A model generated the notes under the pieces. The model did not search any database, was not told where the DNA came from, and saw only the letters and a program-made list of their open reading frames with translations. Shown here one piece after another: positions 46,801 through 64,000 of a stretch of 64,000 nt of DNA (the first letter of the stretch is position 1; every line of letters starts with the position of its first letter). Location: NCBI RefSeq assembly GCF_009914755.1, contig NC_060939.1. One strand, given 5' to 3'. Source of the DNA: the human T2T-CHM13v2.0 reference genome, Homo sapiens. The position numbers were made by a program, and so were the translations under genes.

Positions 46801-49800
46801 CATCTCACAGAGTTGAACGTTTCTTTTGATTTAGCAATTTGTAGAAAGTCTCTTGGTAGTATAAGTGGAGTTATATTTGTGAGCAGTTTAAGGCCTATGG
46901 TGCAAAAGGAAATACCTTCACATAAAAAGTAGACAGAAGCTTTCTGAGAAACTTCTTTGTGATGTGTGCTTTAGTCTCACAGAGTTGATCCTTTCTTTTG
47001 ATTGACCAGTTTGGAAACATTCTTTTTTGTAGAATCTGCAAATGGAAATTTGGAGTGATTTGAGGCCTATGGTGAAAAAGGAAATATCTTCACATAAAAA
47101 CTAGACAGAAGAATTCTGAGAAACTTCTTTGTGATGAGTCTATTCATCTCACAGAGTTGAAACATTCTTTGATGGACCAGTTTGGAAACAGTCTTTTTAT
47201 AGTATCTGCAGAGGGATATTTTTGAGCGGTTTAAAGACTATGGTGAAAAAGGAAATATCTTCACATAATAACTAGACAGAAGCATTCTGAGAAACTTATT
47301 TGTGATGTGTGCATTCATCTTACAATGTTGAACGTTTCTTTTGATTGAGCAGTTTGGAAACAGAACTTTTGTAGAATCTGCAAAGGGATATTTGTGAGCC
47401 CATTGATTCCTATGGTGAAATAGGAATTATCTTGAGATAAAAACTAGGCAGAAGATTTCTGAGAAACTTCTTTGTGATGTGTGCTTTCATCTCACAGAGT
47501 TGAAAATTTCTTTTGATTGAGCAGTTTGGAAACAGTCTTTTTGTATAATCTGCAAATGGATATTTGGAGCACTTTGTGGCCTAAGGTGAAAATGGAAATA
47601 TCTTCACATAAAAACTAGACAGAAGAATTCTGAGAAACTTCTTTGTGATGTGTGCATTCATCTCAGAGAGGTGAACTTTTCTTTTGATGGAGCAGTTTGG
47701 AAACAGTATTTTTTTAGTATCTGCAGAAGGATATTTGTGAGCAGTTTAAGGCCTATGGTGAAAAAGGAAATATCTTCACATAAAAACTAGACAGAAGCTT
47801 TCTGAGAAACTTCTTTGTGATGTGTGCATTCATCTCACAGTGTTGAAACTTTATTTTGTTTGAGAAGTTTAGAAACAGTCTTTTTCTGCAATCTGCAAAG
47901 GTATATTTCTGAGCCATTTGAGGTCTATGGTGAAAAAGAAATATCTTCACATTTAAACTAGACAGAAGAATTCTGAGGAACTTCTTTGTGATGTCTCCAT
48001 TCATTTGACAGAGTTGAATGTTTCTTTTAATTCAGAAGTTCAGCAACCATATTTTTGTAGAATCTGCAAAGATATATTTGTGAGACATTTGAAGCCTATA
48101 GTGAAATAGTAAATATCTTCACATAAAAACTAGACAAAAGAATTCTGAGAAACTTCATTCTAATGTGTGCATTCACCTCACAGAATTTAACCTTTCTTTT
48201 GATTGAGCAGTATGGAAATGATCCTCTTTTAGAATCTGCAAAGGGATATTTCTTAGCCCTTTTAGGCCTATGGTGAAACTGGAAATATCTTCACATGAAA
48301 ACCAGACCGAAGCTTTCTGAGAAACTTCTTTGAGATGTGTGCTTTCATCTCACAGAGTTAAACCTTTCTTTTGATTCAGCAGTTTGGAAACACTCTTTTT
48401 GTGAACTCTGTAAATGGATATTAAGGGTGCTTTGAGGCCATTGGTGACAAAGGAAATATCTTCACATAAAAACTAAACAGAAGTTTCCTGAGAAACTACT
48501 CTTTGATGTGTCCATTAATCTAACAGAGTTGAAACTTTCTTTTTATTGAGCAGTTTGGATACGGTCTTTTTGTAGAATCTGCAAAAAATATTTGTGAGCC
48601 CTTTATTGCCTATGGTGAAGTAGGAATTTTCTTCACATATAAACTAGACAGAAGCATTCTGAGAAACTTCTTTGTGATGTGTGCATTAATCTCACACAGT
48701 TGAAACTTTCTTTGGATTGAGCAGTTTGGAAACAGTCTTTTTGTAGAATCTGCAAAGGGATATTTCTGAGCCCATTCAGTACTATGGTGAAATGTGAAAT
48801 ATCTTCACATAAAAACTAGACAGAAGCTTTCTAAGAAACTTGTTTGTGATGTGTGCTTTCATCTCACAGAATTGAAACTTTCTTTTGATTGAGGAGTATG
48901 GAAAAACTCTTTTTCTAGAATCTGCAAATGGATATTTGGAACACTTTGAGGCCCATGGTGAAAAACGAAATATCTTCACATAAAAACTAAACAGAAGCTT
49001 TCTGAGAAATTTCCTTGTGATGTGTGCATTCATCTCACAGAGTTGAACCTTTCTTTTGATTGAGCAGGTTGGAAAGAGGATTATTGTACAATCTGCAAAG
49101 GGATAATTCTGATCCGTTTGAGGCCTATGGTGAAAGAGAAATATCTTCACGTAAAAACTAGACAGAGTCAGTCTGAGAAATTTATTTGTGATGTGTCCAT
49201 TCATCTCACAGAGTTGAAACTTTCTTTTGATTAAGCAGTTTGGAAACTGTCTTTTTGTAGAACCTTCAAAGGGATATTTGTGAGCTCTTTATGGCGTCAG
49301 GTGAAATAGGAAATATCTTCACATACAAACTAGAGAGAAGCTATCTGAGTAACTTTTTTGTGATGTGTGCTTTCATCTCAGAGAGCTAAAAATTTGTTTT
49401 GATTGATCAGTTGGGAAACAGTCTTTTTGTAGAATCTGCAAACGGATATTTGGATTGCTTTGAGGCCTATGTTGAGAAAGGAAATATCTTCACATAAAAA
49501 CAAGACAGAAGATTTCTGAGAAACTTCTTGTTACGTGTGCACTCATCTCACATGTTTGAACCTTTCTTTTGATTGAGCAGTTTGGAAACAGTCTTTTTGT
49601 ACAATCTACAAAGGAATATTTCTGAACGGTTTGATGCCTATGGTGAAAAAGAAATATCTTCACATAAAAACTAGACCAAAGCATTATGAGAAAGTAATTT
49701 ATTATGTGTGCATTCATCTCACAGAGCTGAACCTTTCTTTTCATGGAGCAGTTCGAAAATTGTGTTTTTGTAGAGTCTGCAAAGGGATATTTGTGAGAAC

Positions 49801-50255
49801 TTTGAGGCCTATGGTGATATAGGAAATATCTTCACAAAAAAATAGACAGAAGCATTATGAGAAACTTCTCTGTGATGTGTGCTTTCTTCTCACAGATTTG
49901 AATCTTTCTTTTAATTGAACAGTTTGGAAACTCTTCTTTTGTAGATTCTGCAAAAGGATATTTGGAGCACTTTGAGGCCTATGGTGAAAAAGGAAATATC
50001 TTCACTTAAAAACTAAACAGAAGCTTTCTGAAAAACGTCTTTGTGATGTGCATATTCATGTCACAGTGTTGAACCCTTGTTTTCATTGAACAGTTTGGAA
50101 ACCATCTTTTTGTACAATCTGCAAAGGGATATTTCTGAGCACTTTGAGGCCTAAGGTGAAAAACAAATATCTTAACATAAAAAGTAGACAGAGACATTCT
50201 GAGAAACTTCTTTATCATGTATGCACTCTTCTCCCAGAGTTAAACCATTCTTTTC
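34870..50255 (+). repeat. Monomeric/diverged alpha satellite (about 90 monomers)
   Basis: Continuous about 171-bp tandem units. Confidence 0.97.
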
Positions 50256-56270
<6,015 letters not shown>

Positions 56271-57283
56271 AAACCATTCTTTTCATTGAGAAATTCGGAA
56301 GCAGTCTTTTTGTGGAATTTGCAAAAGAATATATGTGAGCCCACTGAGGCCCATGGTGAAATGGGAAATATCTTCACAGTAAAACTAAACAGAAACATTC
56401 TGAGAAACTTATTTGTGATGTTTACATTCATCTCACAGAGTTGAAACTTTCTTTTGATTGAGCAGTTTGGAAAAACTCTTTTTGAAGTATCTGCAAATGG
56501 ATATTTGGAGTGCTTTGTGGCTTGTGGTGAAAAACTAAATATCTTCACATAAAATCAAGTGAGAAACTTTCTGAAGAACTTCTTTGTGATGTGTGCTTTC
56601 ATCTCACAGAGTTGAAAATTTCTTTTGATTGAGCAGTTTGGAAATCGTCTTTTGTAGAATCTGCAAATCGATATTTGGATTGCTTTGAAGCCTGTCATTA
56701 GAAGAGAAATATCTTCACATAAAAACTAGACAGAAGATTTCTGAGAAACTTCTTTGTGATGTGTGCTTTCATCTCACAGAGTTGAACCGTTCTTTTGATG
56801 GAGCAGTTAAGAAACAGTCTTTATCTACAATCTGCAAAGGGATATTTCTGTGGGGTTTGAGGCCTACGGTGAAAAAGAAATATCTTCATATAAAAACTAG
56901 ACAGAAGCATTCTGAGAAACTTCTTTTTTAGGTGTGCATTCATCTCACAGAGTTGAAACTTACTTTTCATTGAACAGTTCTGTAACAGTCTTTTTGTAGA
57001 ATCTGCAAAAGGATATTTGTGAGCCCCTTGAGGCCCATGGTGTAACAGGAAATTCCTTCAATTAAAAACTAGACGGAAGCTTTCTGAGTAACTTCTTTGT
57101 GATTTGTGCTTTCATCTCACAGAGTTGAACCTTTCTTTTGATTGAGCAGTTTGGAAAAAGTCTTTTTGTACAATCTGCAAAAGATATTTTGTGCACTTTG
57201 TGGACTATGGTGAAAAAGGAAATATCTTCACATGAAAACTAGAAAGAAACTTTCTGAGAAACTTCTTTGTGATGTGCACTTTC
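56271..57283 (+). repeat. Alpha satellite
   Basis: About 6 monomers. Confidence 0.95.
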
Positions 57284-60921
<3,638 letters not shown>

Positions 60922-63900
60922 CAGTTCAATGGGAAGAAACTTTTACTTGTGTGTGATGAATGCACACGTCACAAAGGAGTTAGTCAGAAAACTTCTTTCT
61001 ACTTTTAATGTGAAGATATTTCCTCTTTCACCATATGCCTCAATGTGTTCCCAGGTATCCCTTTGCAGATTCTACAAAAAGACTGTTTCCAAACTGCTCA
61101 ATAAACAGAATGGTTCAACCCTGTGAGACGAATGTGCACATCACAAAGAAGTTTCTCAGAAAACTTCCTTCCCGTTTTTATGTGAAGAGATTTCCTTTTT
61201 GAATATAGGCCTCAACGCACTCCCAAATATACCTCTGCAGAATCTACAAAAATACTGTTTCCAAAGTGTTCAATCAAAAGAAAGTTTCAACTCTGTTAGA
61301 TGAATGCACACATCAGAAAGTAGTTTCTCAGCAAGCTTCTCACTAGTTTTTAGGTGAAGATAGTTCCTTTTTCAACGTGGGTCTCAAAGCACTCAAAAAT
61401 ATCCCTTTGCAGACTCTAGAATAACAGAGTTTATGAACTGCTCAATGAAAAGAAAGGTTTACCTCTGTGAGATGAATACACATATCTTAAAGCAGCTTCT
61501 CAGAATGCTTCTTTCTAGTTTTTATGTGAAGATATTTCCTTTTTCACCATAGGCCTCAACACACACCTAAATATCCCTCTGCAGATTGTACAAAAAGACT
61601 TTCCAAACTGCTCAATCAAAACAAATGTTAAACTCTATGAGATAAATGCACACATCTCAAAAAGTTTCTCAGAAAACTTTTGTCTAGTTTTTATGTGATG
61701 ATATTTCCTTATTCACCATAGGCCTGAAAGCGCTACAAATATCCTTCTGCAGATTCTACAAAAAGACTGTTTGCAAACTGCTCTATCCAAAAAATGATTC
61801 AACTCTGTGAGATGAATGCACACATCACAAAGAAGTTTCTCAGAAACGTTCTTTATGGTTTTTCTGTGAAGATATTTCCTTTTTCACCATAGGCCTCAAA
61901 GCCCTCACAAATATCCCTTTGCAGATTCTACAAAAAGACTGTTTCCAAACCGCTCAATAAAAAGAATTATTGAACACTGTGAGATGAATGCACACAGCTC
62001 AAAGAGGTTTCTCAGAGTCCTTCAGTCTGGTTTTTATGTGAATATATTTCCTTTTACACCATAGTCCTCAAAGCGCTCCAAATGTCCATTTGCAGACTCT
62101 ACAAAAAGACTGTTTCCAAACGGCTCAATCAAAACAAAGTTTCAACTCTGTGTGATTAATGCACACATCATGAAGAAGTTTCTCAGAATGCTTCTGTCTA
62201 GTTTTTATGTGAAGATACTTGCTTTTTCACCATAGGCCTCAAAGTGCTCACAAATATCCCTTTAGAGATTCTACAAAAATACTTTTTCCAAATTGCTCAA
62301 TCAAAAGAAAGGTTCAATCCTGTGAGATGTATGCACACCACAAAGAGGTTTCTCAGAAAGCTTCTCTCTAGTTTTTACATGAAGATATTTCCTTTTTCAC
62401 CATAGGCCTCCAAGTGTTCACAAATATCCCTTTGCAGATTCTACAAAAAGACTCTTTACACATTGCTCAATCAAAAGAATGTTTCATCTCTGTGAGGTGA
62501 ATGCTCACATCACCAGGATGTTTCTCAGAAAGCTTCTGTGTAGTTTTTATGTGAAGATATTTCCTTTTTCACCATACGCCTCAAAGGGCTCACAAATATC
62601 CCTTTGCAGTTTTTACAAGAAAAGAGTTTCCAATCTTCTCAATGAAAAGAAAGAGACACATCTTGGAGATGAATGCACATATCACAAAGCAGTTTCTGAG
62701 AAACATTCTGTCTAGTTTTTATGTGAAGTTATCTCCTTTTTCACCACAGGATGCAAAGTGCTCAAAATTGTTGCTTTGCAGATTCTACAAAAAGTTTGTT
62801 TCCACAGTGCTTATCAAAAGAAAGGTTCACCTCTGTGAGATGAATGCAAGTGTCAAAAAGAAGTTTCTCAGAAAGCTTCTATTAAGTTTTCATGTGAATG
62901 TTTCCTTTTTCACCATGAGCCTCAAAGTGCTCACAAATATCCAGTTGAGGAATATTTAAAAAGACTATTTCCAAACCGCTCAACCAAAAGAAAGGTTGAA
63001 CTGTGTGAGATGAATGCACACATCACAAAGGAGTTTCTCAGAAACCTTCTTTATAGTTTTTCTGTGAAGATATTTCCTTTTTCATCATAGGCCTCAAAGC
63101 CCTCACAAATATCTCTTTGCAGATTCTACAAAAAGACTGTTTCCAAACTGCTCAATAAAAAGAATTATTGAACTTTTTGAGATGAATGCACACATCTCAA
63201 AGAAGTTTCTCAGAAACCTTCAGTCTGGTTTTTATGTGAATATATTTCCTTTTTCACCATTAGCCTCAAAATGCTCCAAATATCCATTTTCAGGTTCTAC
63301 AAAAAAACTGTTTCCAAACGGCTCAATGAAAAGAAAGTTTCAACTTTGTGAGCTGAATGCATACATCACTGAGAAGTTTCGCAGGAGGATTCTGTCTAAT
63401 TTTTATATGAAGACATTTCCTTTTTCACCACAGGCCTCCATCTGCTCACAAATATCCCTTAGCAGATTCTACAAGAACAGAATTTCCAGACTGATCAAAG
63501 AAAACAAACGTTTTTCTCTGTGAGATGAATGCACACATCACAAAACTGTTTCTCAGAACCTTCTTTATACTTTTTGTGTGATGATATTTCTTTTTTCTCC
63601 GTAGGACTCAAAGAGCTCAAAAATATCCCTTTGCAGATTCTACAAAAAGATTGTTTCCAAACTGCACAATCAAAAAAATAGTTCAACTCCATGAGATGAA
63701 TGCATACGTCACAAAGAAGTTTCTCAGAAACCTTCTTTATAGTTTTTATATGAAGATATTTCCTTTTTCACCATAGGCCTCAAAGTGCTCAGCAATATCC
63801 CTTTGCAGATACTGCAAAAAGACTGCTTCCCACCTGCTGAATCAAAAAAATGTTTAAACTCTGTGAGATGAATGCACACTTTACAACGAGGTTTCTCAGA

Positions 63901-64000
63901 AATCTTCTGTTCATTTTTTATGTGAAGATATTACCTTTTGCACCATAGCACTCAAAGTTCTGACAAATATTCCTTGCAGATTCTACAAAAAGACTGTTTC
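60922..64000 (-). repeat. Alpha satellite, opposite orientation
   Basis: Units read gatgaatgcacacatcacaaagaagtttctcagaa...tttttatgtgaagatatttcc, the reverse complement of the earlier blocks. Confidence 0.97.

Overview
Human/great-ape pericentromeric DNA with no intact protein-coding gene. From left to right: (1) a PCMTD1 last-exon pseudogene fragment fused to a minus-strand D4Z4/DUX4-like fragment lacking both homeodomains; (2) a Tigger1 transposon carrying an Alu and a solo HERV-K LTR5A; (3) a decayed orphan 45S rDNA unit of about 23 kb: intergenic spacer (IGS) with Alus, CT-rich blocks and the CDC27 retrocopy, then 5'ETS (Pol I promoter deleted), 18S, ITS1, 5.8S and ITS2 broken before 28S; (4) about 1.9 kb of old euchromatic-type sequence; (5) about 32 kb of monomeric alpha satellite interrupted by three young L1PA elements (two twin-primed) and with a strand switch near 60.92 kb. 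From memory, this PCMTD1P/DUX4L/CDC27P/RNA5-8SP arrangement occurs at several pericentromeric duplicons (chrY, 20, 16p11, 2q21); the exact locus needs BLAT. I find no convincing novel biological system. The best leads are a shared substitution in most IGS Alus, a CDC27 retrocopy of an intronically polyadenylated transcript, and an inverted L1 whose antisense promoter now faces a chimeric ORF1 and ORF2. Comparisons to reference sequences are from recall and by eye, not computed.
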